Positions 39,106 to 48,313 of a stretch of DNA of 64,000 nt are shown here, piece after piece; the stretch's first letter is position 1; each line of letters opens with the position of its first letter. The translations under genes and the position numbers were made by a program. Source of the stretch: an uncultured virus (IMG/VR IMGVR_UViG_3300033069_000955) (taxonomy: Duplodnaviria > Heunggongvirae > Uroviricota > Caudoviricetes). Under the pieces are notes generated by a model. It was given only the letters and a program-made list of their open reading frames with translations. It searched no databases and was not told where the DNA came from. Where the stretch lies: IMG/VR virus record IMGVR_UViG_3300033069_000955. One strand, given 5' to 3'.

Positions 39106-39786
39106 ATGAGATTACTAAAACAAGCAAAGTTTACTGGATATGGTAACTCTACACAATTAATTAACTTATTGATTAACTGGAAAAGAGATCTTGGTAATTA
39201 CGAAGTTGCATTGACTACTATGATTACTAAGATAATCAATGAGTCTCTTAGACTTGAAGGTTACAAACCAGTAAGAAAAGAGATTGAAGATGATGCTGAT
39301 ATGTATCAAGAGTTAACTGGATTAATCTATGCTAAGATTAATGATAAAGTTAACTTTGAGGAGATTAATGAATTCCTTAAAGACAATAGTAACATCTCAG
39401 TTCTAGGTATAGATAATAAGTTGAGCTATGAAAATAAGCTTAGATCTTTAAATAAGAAACTATACAATTACTTCATGGTTACACTTAGATTCTCAATCAG
39501 AAACAGACTAAGAAAAGTAAACAAATTACAGTCAAGAGCTGAAACAGAATCAAACCTAATTTCCAGAAACTTTAAGAATAAAGATTATCATAGTATTGAA
39601 GATGAGCTAGATAATCCTTTTCCTAGGCTCTTTAACGAGAAAGAGAATCTTAAAGAAAGACAAGTAGCTAATATGTTATCTGATGGCTACACTAAAGTTG
39701 AAATTAAGAGAAATCTTAAAATCTCAGAGAAAGAACTTAGAAAGGTTCTGTTATCTATTAAATCATCTTTGTTAAATGAGTTATAA
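39106..39786 (+). CDS. Sigma-factor-like/HTH transcription factor
   Basis: C-terminal region-4-like HTH (ERQVANMLSDGYTKVEIKRNLKISE); region-2-like LYNYF..LRFSIRNRLRK. Confidence 0.6.
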   Translation: MRLLKQAKFTGYGNSTQLINLLINWKRDLGNYEVALTTMITKIINESLRLEGYKPVRKEIEDDADMYQELTGLIYAKINDKVNFEEINEFLKDNSNISVLGIDNKLSYENKLRSLNKKLYNYFMVTLRFSIRNRLRKVNKLQSRAETESNLISRNFKNKDYHSIEDELDNPFPRLFNEKENLKERQVANMLSDGYTKVEIKRNLKISEKELRKVLLSIKSSLLNEL

Positions 39787-39788
39787 AT

Positions 39789-40139
39789 ATGAAACACATA
39801 GTTAAAAAGATGTTACGATCTTTAACCAACTTCTTAGAACTATCTATTAATAGTAATACAGAACCTGGTGATAAGGTTACTTTTATTGTCAAATATCAGG
39901 GTAAAGATAAGCCACAAGTTACTTTAGAATTATCTGGTCTGTCTCAAACTATTAAATCAGTTAGAAAAACTTCTTTTGATCTTACGCCTTATTTAAGAGA
40001 TAAGCCCAGTTGGACTGGTGAAGATGGAAGTATTAATGGTTTTAGAGATTGGAGAGATTATATTGAAACCTATGTAGCCGCAGAAGCTAAAAGCATCTGC
40101 AACTCTGGTATGAGAATGTTTGATTATAAGGTTGAGTAA
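39789..40139 (+). CDS. Hypothetical protein
   Basis: Tightly packed ORF on the coding strand. Confidence 0.6.
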   Translation: MKHIVKKMLRSLTNFLELSINSNTEPGDKVTFIVKYQGKDKPQVTLELSGLSQTIKSVRKTSFDLTPYLRDKPSWTGEDGSINGFRDWRDYIETYVAAEAKSICNSGMRMFDYKVE

Positions 40140-40606
40140 TGATTCCAGAAATATTTGATGATTTTTATGAAGACGGCGAAGGAGAACCTCAAACTCCTAG
40201 TACCCAGAAGTCTATGAACTCCGAGGCTATTTATCTACACGGAACTAGAACTATTTTACAATCAATTACAATTGATCCAAAAATAGAATCTAATCCTGTT
40301 AGAGATGCTAAGGTTCTTGAAGCAATGCTTTCCACTACTCTTCCAGAAGACACTTTTAGTATTCTTCTTATGCACATGGCACAGACCCTAGAACACAGAA
40401 GAAAAATGAAACAGGTCTATGAAGAAATGAAGAAGATTCAAGAAGTAACTATGAGAGCAATGTATGCTGAACAGGCTCAAGCTTCTGAAACAATGCAAGA
40501 AGAAGTTAAAGTTATCAAAAAGAAAACAAGTAAAAAAGAAAAGATAGAGGAAACTGAAGTTTTACCTAAAGAGGATCCGCCACCTTTTCCTGCTTCTGAA
40601 TTTTAA
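40139..40606 (+). CDS. Hypothetical coiled-coil protein
   Basis: TAATG-coupled; charged helical C-terminus. Confidence 0.6.
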   Translation: MIPEIFDDFYEDGEGEPQTPSTQKSMNSEAIYLHGTRTILQSITIDPKIESNPVRDAKVLEAMLSTTLPEDTFSILLMHMAQTLEHRRKMKQVYEEMKKIQEVTMRAMYAEQAQASETMQEEVKVIKKKTSKKEKIEETEVLPKEDPPPFPASEF

Positions 40607-40613
40607 TTAGACT

Positions 40614-41216
40614 ATGCTTAAAATAAAACCCTTAAATAACCATATCACGCTAAAACTTATTAATGAATACAATCCTGATGTTTTAATTCAAGACCAGGCT
40701 GTTAGAGAATTTAGATGGTGTGAGGTTCTAGATGTTGGTCCAGGTTTCCCTGATTTCAATGGAATTATCGAACCACCAACTGTTAAACCAGGTGATCTTG
40801 TATATGTTATGGCTCACGGAAGAGAGCTAGTAAACCTATCAGAACTTGGCGGTGAGGATTGTTATATTGCCTCTGAATTAGATATGATGTGTATTTTAGA
40901 AGATCAAAAAACCTATAAAATCAAACCTCTTGGAGTATTTGTTGAGGTTGAAAAGATTGACGACCCAGATACCGAACAGACTGTAGTAATGGTGGATTCT
41001 AGAAAGACTCCACCCTGTAGAGCCATAGTAAAAAGCTTAGGTCAGGGTTGGAAAGATATTTCTGGAAACCCAATTGAATTCCAGGTTAAAGTTGGTGACA
41101 TGATTACCTTTGATCCACATAAGCCTCTTGTAGTTCATTTGGAATCTTTGGGGCTTAATGAGAAAAGATATTTAGTTATGCACACTGATATTTACGGTAT
41201 TCTGGAGGAAGAGTGA
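40614..41216 (+). CDS. groES: Tandem two-domain GroES (Cpn20-like) co-chaperonin
   Basis: Two repeats of IKPL...(V/L)G(P/Q)G....G......VK.GD.....D...ILE (about aa 1-97 and 101-200). Confidence 0.88.
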   Translation: MLKIKPLNNHITLKLINEYNPDVLIQDQAVREFRWCEVLDVGPGFPDFNGIIEPPTVKPGDLVYVMAHGRELVNLSELGGEDCYIASELDMMCILEDQKTYKIKPLGVFVEVEKIDDPDTEQTVVMVDSRKTPPCRAIVKSLGQGWKDISGNPIEFQVKVGDMITFDPHKPLVVHLESLGLNEKRYLVMHTDIYGILEEE

Positions 41217-41497
41217 TGTTTTATCGTCATGCTAATTTATGTGCTGTACTAAAAGAAGCTATTCAATATTCCTATACTCTTATCAAAGATAAGAAAACAG
41301 ATGAAAGTTTATTTTTATTAGAGCAACTTAATGAAGTTCTAGATGCCCATACTTTAATTAAAGAAATCAAATACCCAAAGAAATTTATTCCAAGTCTGCT
41401 TTGGTTTTTGAGGAATCGAAAAACCCTCATTGCTTATTCCAGCACAGAAAACATTTTAGCCACTAAACTTACGGAGATTACAAAAAGACCCACATGA
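41213..41497 (+). CDS. Hypothetical protein
   Basis: Overlap-coupled ORF (GTG 41213 or ATG 41216). Confidence 0.55.
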   Translation: MMFYRHANLCAVLKEAIQYSYTLIKDKKTDESLFLLEQLNEVLDAHTLIKEIKYPKKFIPSLLWFLRNRKTLIAYSSTENILATKLTEITKRPT

Positions 41498-41931
41498 GAA
41501 CATTAGATCAAATATTGATGGATTCCACTATGAGTGTATTTAAGCCAAGGATTGATTCCTTGACTGACCTTTCTGGTTGGACTCCAAAGAACAGGGATGC
41601 TAAGATGGCAGAGGCTGCTCAGCTAGCCATAGAAACAGCCACCTCTGGTGAAGACTTTATTGCCAATATGCTTAAAAAGGAAGATAGTGGTGAGTCTTTA
41701 ATTGGTCTCACTATGCAAAGAGAATTTTTAGGTGGGGTTTATCAATTCCTTGAAAACTGGAGAGTCAACCTTGACGCCACAGAAGATGATGAATTAAATG
41801 TTCAGCCAGTAGATTACGAATGGTTGAATGGTAATATTAGATCTCTTTATAAACAAGTCCTAGAACTTGATCAGAAGATTGAAAAAATGGCCAGAGTTGA
41901 TAATGTAGACGGAATAATCACCGAATTGTAA
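41494..41931 (+). CDS. Hypothetical protein
   Basis: ATGA-coupled ORF. Confidence 0.6.
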   Translation: MRTLDQILMDSTMSVFKPRIDSLTDLSGWTPKNRDAKMAEAAQLAIETATSGEDFIANMLKKEDSGESLIGLTMQREFLGGVYQFLENWRVNLDATEDDELNVQPVDYEWLNGNIRSLYKQVLELDQKIEKMARVDNVDGIITEL

Positions 41932-41932
41932 T

Positions 41933-42355
41933 ATGCAAGCTCCAAGTATTTCCAGAGGTTTCCTTTATCCAACCCACTTGAAATTCAAGTGTCCACGATA
42001 TTCTCAGTGTTTGGTAACTAATAAGTGCCAAAACTACGATAAGCACTGTCGTCTTTGTGCTTTATGTGAAACCAGAGTTAGACCTGCAAATAATTTGGGT
42101 GGATGTCTTCCAGAAGGTGAATTCGAACCAGATGTACAAGTTGCATTAAAAGTAATTCAAACAGCAGTTAATGCTCCTTTTGCACACCCAGATGCTGAGC
42201 CTGGAACTTGTGGTGGTGCTACTATTGAAGACTACCAAAAAATGGAAGAGTCTAAGGAAGTTCTAGCCAACTATTCCAAAATTACCCATACGGAAGAAGA
42301 TGTGTTTGCTTCCATTGATCAGAGTCAGTATAATCAAATTCAAGGTTTGTTGTAA
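41933..42355 (+). CDS. Cys-rich putative metal-binding protein
   Basis: CPRYSQC..KCQNYDKHCRLCALC cluster. Confidence 0.55.
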   Translation: MQAPSISRGFLYPTHLKFKCPRYSQCLVTNKCQNYDKHCRLCALCETRVRPANNLGGCLPEGEFEPDVQVALKVIQTAVNAPFAHPDAEPGTCGGATIEDYQKMEESKEVLANYSKITHTEEDVFASIDQSQYNQIQGLL

Positions 42356-42631
42356 ATGTTACTTCACATAGGTTTTGGCAACATGGTTGCCGCTGATGAA
42401 ATTGTAGCTATACTTGATTACAAAGTAAAAGCGGTACAACGCATAGCTCATTCTATCAAAGAAGAAAAACCTCGTAACCTTATTAATCTTACTAGAGGAA
42501 GAAAGGCCTTGACCTTTTTAGTATTAAAAGGTGATCGCTATATGATCACCTTTCTTCCTTTAAAACAAGTCATCAATCGTTATATGATTGTAATGGGCCA
42601 GCCAGCAGAAGACGAGAATGAAAAAGGCTAA
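42356..42631 (+). CDS. remA: RemA/DUF370-family regulator
   Basis: LLHIGFGNMVAADEIVAI...LINLTRGRK matches the RemA pattern NIGFGN.V...I.AI...LIDAT.GR. Confidence 0.8.
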   Translation: MLLHIGFGNMVAADEIVAILDYKVKAVQRIAHSIKEEKPRNLINLTRGRKALTFLVLKGDRYMITFLPLKQVINRYMIVMGQPAEDENEKG

Positions 42632-43289
42632 ACTGCATGGATTACCCCCTCCGCCTCCTTTACTGCATCCTATAATTGAAATTACTGGTGTACCAGATTG
42701 TGGTAAAAAGCTAATAGCTGAATTAGTAGCTAAAAGAATTTCTGCTAAGGTTATTCATTGTCCTTATTTAGATTTACAGAGTTTTACTGGTCAAGCCATT
42801 TTACATACTGTAATAAACAATCCCAAACAACTGGAAGTAGAGCCTTATTGGTGGTGTCACGTATATGCCGCTAATCTCCAGGAAGTCAGAAAGATGATTA
42901 AGGCCTATCAAAAAATTTCTCCTGTAGTAATCACTAATTACACTACAGGTTTTTCATTGTGGTCGAAAGCTATGGGGGTTTCTAATTTAATAGGATTCTA
43001 CAAAGACCTTCCGTTTTCTAATTTGGCTATTGGTTTACATGGAGCTTATTGGGAAACTCCTGGAAATATAACTAATAATTTTAGTTTGCGTTTTCATTCT
43101 AATCTTGAATTTCATGTTAGAAAAAGATGTGAACCAAAATATAAAAAAGTTGAAATGGGTAAATCTAAAAAGATGTGGGAAGAATTTAATATAGCAGCAA
43201 CTGAAATAACTTCCATAATTAAAGAAAGATTTGGTCTGCATGTGGAAGAAGGTTATCTCTTTACGCCAACACTAAAGTTTACAAAATGA
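42618..43289 (+). CDS. Thymidylate-kinase-like P-loop protein, degenerate
   Basis: IIEITGVPDCGKK P-loop, P...SFTGQAI and YAAN segments; the DRY motif appears as TNY. Confidence 0.6.
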   Translation: MKKAKLHGLPPPPPLLHPIIEITGVPDCGKKLIAELVAKRISAKVIHCPYLDLQSFTGQAILHTVINNPKQLEVEPYWWCHVYAANLQEVRKMIKAYQKISPVVITNYTTGFSLWSKAMGVSNLIGFYKDLPFSNLAIGLHGAYWETPGNITNNFSLRFHSNLEFHVRKRCEPKYKKVEMGKSKKMWEEFNIAATEITSIIKERFGLHVEEGYLFTPTLKFTK

Positions 43290-44038
43290 ATAATATTGAA
43301 ACAATGTTAAAAAACTCAGTAGCGATAGTTCCTGTTCACAATGCGGCAGAATACGCTACAGCAACTTTGGATTGGATTATCACCAACCATCCAGAAATGT
43401 ATTTAATTGTGGTAGATGATTGTTCTACTCCTGAGACTCATAGGGCTCTCAGACAAATATTAGAAACACACCCCACTAAAAACTACCAATTAATTACTCT
43501 AGGTAAACAGCAGCTCTTTACTAGAGCTGTGAACACGGGGATTAGAGCAGCTAACGAGCATCGTAGAATTCCTTTTGAGTATTGTTTCATCGTTAATAGC
43601 GATTGTATGTTAAAGGAAAATGGATTTGAAAATCTCCTTATCCCATTTACCGTGAATACTGATATGGGGTTGACTGGATATACAGATAGTCCTCAACACC
43701 ATCCAAAGGAAACTTATACTATTGTTGAGAGTCCTCATTTTGTAACTGGCCACTTTATGTGCGTGAAGTTTGAGGTATTTAAAAAGGTAGGAGTTTTTTG
43801 TGAGACTGATTTAGGTGGACCAACTACCAACTACCCAGAGTTTGCGGGATTAAAAGGACTTGCCCATATTGGTAGTGATAGATATTTCTCTAATCTAATT
43901 AGAATGTATGGGTATAAAACAGCTTACGTTAACTTTCCTGGAGTAGAACATCGGGCTGGGCAAAGCTGGGGACATCGGCTAGACTGGTTGGCTAATTTTA
44001 ATCTTGAGTTGCTCTGGGAGCCTTACAACACATTATGA
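43286..44038 (+). CDS. GT2-family glycosyltransferase
   Basis: IVPVHN, IVVDDCS, F..AVNTG, VNSD and H..GQSW motifs. Confidence 0.88.
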   Translation: MNNIETMLKNSVAIVPVHNAAEYATATLDWIITNHPEMYLIVVDDCSTPETHRALRQILETHPTKNYQLITLGKQQLFTRAVNTGIRAANEHRRIPFEYCFIVNSDCMLKENGFENLLIPFTVNTDMGLTGYTDSPQHHPKETYTIVESPHFVTGHFMCVKFEVFKKVGVFCETDLGGPTTNYPEFAGLKGLAHIGSDRYFSNLIRMYGYKTAYVNFPGVEHRAGQSWGHRLDWLANFNLELLWEPYNTL

Positions 44039-44883
44039 ATCAAATTACTTTTTTTTGTAGGAATCTAATTGGGGACGCTATCATGCAATCTCCAACTATT
44101 AGATCTATTAAAGCCTACGATCCAAACTGTAAAATTACTTACAGAGTTCCAGAGAAGAGTATTAGTCGAATCATTCATACTCGTAACCCATATATAGATG
44201 AAATCGTATTCAACGATTCAGCCCAAGAAGGAGATATGGTTATGGATTGTTGTAAAGCTATGGAAATAGGACAGAACTTACATATCCCTATGACTGAGGG
44301 ATATGGTGCTCAAATAGGTTTAAATGTTCTTAACAATTCTATTATCTATCAACCTACTCCTGAGGACGATGTTGCTGCTTTAGAGATCTTTAAAACTCTA
44401 ATTAATAAGCCGTTTGTATTGTGTGCTAGGCACAGTGCTTCTTGTACTTCACATGATCCCAAAATCAATAAACCTAATAAGTGTTTTAGTAACGTTTATT
44501 GGCTTCAAATGGGTGAACAATTAAAAGCTATGGGTATTGAGCCTATCGCTATAGGGTCGGAACAAGATCTAGAAGAAGGTAGATTTCAAGATTGGCCTTG
44601 GACTAAGCTTTATGGCTATCCGCTAGAACATATAGCTGCATTGTTGAAGTATGCTAATGGCTGTATAAGCGTGGATACGGGAATTAGGTTCTTTGCCTCT
44701 GCTGTGGGTTGTAACTTTATGGTTATTTCTTGTGCCATACCTAAGTGGTTGGTAGCCGTTTCTCCTCAACATCCTAATCAACTAGGATTAGAGCTTAATA
44801 TGGCAGTTAACAATATAGATGTTGATCATCTGAAGAAACTTTTTAGACCATTATTTTCTGAAACAAAATGTCCGACAGAATAG
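44035..44883 (+). CDS. GT9 (heptosyltransferase-like) glycosyltransferase
   Basis: IGDAIMQSP.IRSIK, NPYIDEI and ISVDTG...ASAVG motifs. Confidence 0.85.
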   Translation: MNQITFFCRNLIGDAIMQSPTIRSIKAYDPNCKITYRVPEKSISRIIHTRNPYIDEIVFNDSAQEGDMVMDCCKAMEIGQNLHIPMTEGYGAQIGLNVLNNSIIYQPTPEDDVAALEIFKTLINKPFVLCARHSASCTSHDPKINKPNKCFSNVYWLQMGEQLKAMGIEPIAIGSEQDLEEGRFQDWPWTKLYGYPLEHIAALLKYANGCISVDTGIRFFASAVGCNFMVISCAIPKWLVAVSPQHPNQLGLELNMAVNNIDVDHLKKLFRPLFSETKCPTE

Positions 44884-45731
44884 TTATTCTAGGTGCAAAT
44901 GGAATGCTTGGAAGAGCTTTAGTTAAAGCTCTATCTAAAGATTTCAAGGTCTTAGCTTTTACAAGAAAACAATTAGATATTTCTAATGTGGAAGATGTAC
45001 AGTATCTTGACGATTTGAGTTTTGACATCCTTATCAATTGTGCTGCTTATACAAAAGTGGATTTAGCTGAAACTGAGAGAGAGTTAGCGATTAAAACTAA
45101 TACTCTAGGACCATATTTGCTATCTTTATTTTGTAAAAAAATAGGATCTAAATTAATTACATTTAGTACAGATTATGTTTTTGATGGCAAATTAAAAAGA
45201 GGATATATAGAAAATGATATTGTCAATCCACTTAATTTTTATGGTCTAACTAAATATAAAGGAGAGAAAGCAGTTCTTACCTCAGGTGGTAATAATTTGA
45301 TTATTAGAACCAGTGCTTTGTTTGATCATAAGTCTTGCTGCTTTCCAGAAACCATTATAAATGCCTATAATGATCAAAAACATTTGAGAGTGGTTGATAA
45401 TCAATTAACATGCCCAACCTACGCCCCACATTTAGCCGCTCAAGTATGTAAAATATTACAGGATCCAGATGAATATAACGGGATTTATCATTGTGCTGGT
45501 CCAGAGGCTTTGTCTTGGTATGAGTTTGCCGAAAGATTGTTTACTTTCTATACCACCAAACAAGTAGAAATTGAACCAGTCCCTACCCATAAATATAATA
45601 CCCCTGCTAAAAGACCTTTAAATAGCGTATTAGATACTACCAAGCTAGATAATAAAATAGGTAATCTTCCCAGTTTAGACAAAGCAATTACAGAGTATAT
45701 GGAGAAAGTATATGAGCATAGGATGGGATGA
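44868..45731 (+). CDS. rmlD: dTDP-4-dehydrorhamnose reductase
   Basis: GANGMLG, NCAAYTKVD.AE, STDYVFDG, P.N.YG.TK..GE and PAKRP.NS.L motifs. Confidence 0.93.
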   Translation: MSDRIVILGANGMLGRALVKALSKDFKVLAFTRKQLDISNVEDVQYLDDLSFDILINCAAYTKVDLAETERELAIKTNTLGPYLLSLFCKKIGSKLITFSTDYVFDGKLKRGYIENDIVNPLNFYGLTKYKGEKAVLTSGGNNLIIRTSALFDHKSCCFPETIINAYNDQKHLRVVDNQLTCPTYAPHLAAQVCKILQDPDEYNGIYHCAGPEALSWYEFAERLFTFYTTKQVEIEPVPTHKYNTPAKRPLNSVLDTTKLDNKIGNLPSLDKAITEYMEKVYEHRMG

Positions 45732-46281
45732 TAGCTGGAAAAAGAAATTAGGTGGCTGTGGTGAAAATGTATATATCGGCCACAACGTCATCTTCACCAA
45801 TCCTTCTCAGGTATTTCTAGGTGACAGGGTTCGTATAGATCCGTTTTCCCTCATAACTACGGGGCTTAAAACTGGCAACAATATTCAGATATGTAGCCAC
45901 GTAGTTTTATCAGGAGGAGGTAAACACACAATCACTTTAGGGGACTGGTGCTTTATCGGATATGGTTCTAAGTTCTTTTGTGGGAGTGAAGACTACTCAG
46001 GTGAACAGGGGCCTGTAAACGAATATTGGGGAAATAATAAGGTTTACCACGGAGATATAGAACTAAACTCATATTCGGGTGTAGCTTCGGATGTAATTGT
46101 AATGCCAGGAGTCACCCTACCAGAAGGTACAACTATAGGTTTGAAGTCAGTTGTCTGGAAGAAAGATCTACTTAATCCATACAGTGTGTACGTAGGACAC
46201 CCATTGACTTTCTTAAAGGATCGAAATCAAGAAGCAATTCAAAGATTATCAAAAGATGAGAAGTGGTTGAAACATGTATAA
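45712..46281 (+). CDS. Left-handed beta-helix (hexapeptide) sugar acyltransferase
   Basis: Hexapeptide repeats (CGENVYIG, LGDRVRID, LGDWCFIG), VMPGVTL.EG, VYVG.P. Confidence 0.85.
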   Translation: MSIGWDDSWKKKLGGCGENVYIGHNVIFTNPSQVFLGDRVRIDPFSLITTGLKTGNNIQICSHVVLSGGGKHTITLGDWCFIGYGSKFFCGSEDYSGEQGPVNEYWGNNKVYHGDIELNSYSGVASDVIVMPGVTLPEGTTIGLKSVVWKKDLLNPYSVYVGHPLTFLKDRNQEAIQRLSKDEKWLKHV

Positions 46282-46984
46282 CAGTAATGAAATATGGGAA
46301 ACCAAATGGGTAACAACTCAAAATAACCCAATTATCAATCACAATCATCCAGAGATAGTTTCATTATATGGTGGTATTTCTAATGAGCCCCATGCATCTA
46401 TTGGTATGTGCTCTTTCCTTGAGCCTGTAAATAGTTTTGAAAATGGTTTCAAGATCTTAGATTATGGTTGTGGTGCTGGGGTATTAGCCAATTTTATTAG
46501 TGCTCGTCTTAACGATTTTACTTATTATGGCTTAGAACCTCTAAGTGCTCATGGTATTGAGAGAATAACTATTGGTCAAAGATTATTAAACGACCCTAGA
46601 GTGACACTTGGACACATAGAATCCCATTTAGAAGATGTTCTAAAACAACCTTTAGACTGTATTACTCTTATTAGTGTTTTTACTCATTTGACAATTGAAA
46701 ATATATATAAAACATTAGATAAGCTTATTGAGTGCTTTAAAATATCACCTAAAGCTAAAATAGTTTTCTCTTGTTTTATTAGCGAAGAATACTCTTTAAG
46801 CTATCCTGAACCACATATAAATGAAGATTTCTACGGATATGTGACGATCACCCAAAAACAACTAGACGACTATATAAAACTCCACCCAGAACTTAAACTA
46901 AAAAGAGTGTGTGATTTTTCAGCCACACCGATTTTTATTCACAACATATTTGAACTTAGCTATGAACACGAAAAAATGCTGTAA
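46274..46984 (+). CDS. Class I SAM-dependent methyltransferase
   Basis: KILDYGCGAG, YYGLE and SVFTHL motifs. Confidence 0.88.
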   Translation: MYNSNEIWETKWVTTQNNPIINHNHPEIVSLYGGISNEPHASIGMCSFLEPVNSFENGFKILDYGCGAGVLANFISARLNDFTYYGLEPLSAHGIERITIGQRLLNDPRVTLGHIESHLEDVLKQPLDCITLISVFTHLTIENIYKTLDKLIECFKISPKAKIVFSCFISEEYSLSYPEPHINEDFYGYVTITQKQLDDYIKLHPELKLKRVCDFSATPIFIHNIFELSYEHEKML

Positions 46985-47699
46985 AGTCATTGCTGTATAT
47001 TTTGGGGCAAGGAGAACTCTCAACAATAACCCCACTACTCCAGAAGCTTCCTTGGAGCTTTTTCAGCATCACATAGAGTGGGATAAGAAAATTGATCCAG
47101 GAATTGATTGTGATGTGATTCTGGTAAACAATCAGGCTGGCTATCATGGGGCTAATGTTTACCTAGACTCATTAGATGGCACCCCATCATTCAGAGGCAC
47201 CTATAAGTGCCACACAAGGCCTAATACAGGAGGATCCTTTGCTGCTTACGACTATGCTTACCAACAGCACAAAGATGAATATGATTATTGGTGTTTTTTA
47301 GAGGATGATGTTATAATTACAGAAGATAATATTTATCTAGATGCAGTTAATACTCTTGAATCAGACCCTACTATAGGCTTTGTATCATTAGCCCCCATAG
47401 TTAATACACCTAATGGATGGCATTCAGGTGGCGGGTGTGGTTTTTCCAGTAAAACTAATTTAGATACAGTATCAGTAAATAATGCTGGACATCTTCCACA
47501 TAATAACGGAACCGATTACACTAGTTTTGAAAACGCAGAATTAGCTTTCACTATAGTTTATGGAGTACATGGTTTAAGATTAGTTAACTTGGAAGGATGT
47601 TCTCCTTTCTGTTCTAACTATAAAACTCACGCCTCACAAGCATCCCATTTAAGCAGATTCGATGAATCAGAACGACACATCTACAAGGTAGGTATTTAA
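46962..47699 (+). CDS. GT-A-like glycosyltransferase-related protein
   Basis: ATG 46962 preferred over 46911; VILVNN, RPNTGGSFAAY and YWCFLEDD (DxD-like) motifs. Confidence 0.6.
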   Translation: MNTKKCCKVIAVYFGARRTLNNNPTTPEASLELFQHHIEWDKKIDPGIDCDVILVNNQAGYHGANVYLDSLDGTPSFRGTYKCHTRPNTGGSFAAYDYAYQQHKDEYDYWCFLEDDVIITEDNIYLDAVNTLESDPTIGFVSLAPIVNTPNGWHSGGGCGFSSKTNLDTVSVNNAGHLPHNNGTDYTSFENAELAFTIVYGVHGLRLVNLEGCSPFCSNYKTHASQASHLSRFDESERHIYKVGI

Positions 47700-48313
47700 T
47701 GAACGAACTTAAAGATTATTTGAACGACCCAGAAGCAATGTCGGTTCCTGGGATCATTTATATAATAACTAATAAAATAACTACAGCAATTTATGTGGGA
47801 TCGACTATAAACTTATCCGCTCGAAAAGATAAACATATTTCCCAATTAAAAAACAACAAACATAAAAATATACACTTACAAAATGCTTGGAATAAATATG
47901 GAGAGAACCAATTTGAATTTGTAATAGTAGATAGGGTGTCTTTGGAAGATCTACTTATAGCTGAACAATTTTATTACGATATTTTTAACAAAGAAGTTGA
48001 AATGTTTAATTATAGTGAATTTACTGATAATGCTTTCAGGGGTGCAAAACACAGTTCCGAAACCAAGGCTCGTATTTCTGAAAAATTAAAAGGCAATAAG
48101 TATAGATTAGGCATATCCCATACTCCAGAAATTAAAGAAAAACTAAGAGAACTATCTTTAAAAAGAGGATGTAAACCTCCGTCTCCTTTGGGTGTGAAAA
48201 GATCTGAAGAAACTAAAGAGAAAATGAGAAAACCTAAATCTCCAGAACATATCGCTAATATGGTAAAAGCCCATCAAAAAAAGAGAGAACACAAACAAAA
48301 TGAACAATCTTAA
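47699..48313 (+). mobile_element. Free-standing GIY-YIG homing endonuclease with NUMOD3 repeats
   Basis: GIIYIITN..IYVGST..R..H..HLQNAWNKYG..EQ; HSSETKARIS, HTPEIKEKL and RSEETKEKM repeats. Confidence 0.92.

Noticed and set aside
47699..48313. Group I intron around either GIY-YIG gene
   Set aside because: There is no non-coding room for an intron core, and the flanking genes are complete without splicing.
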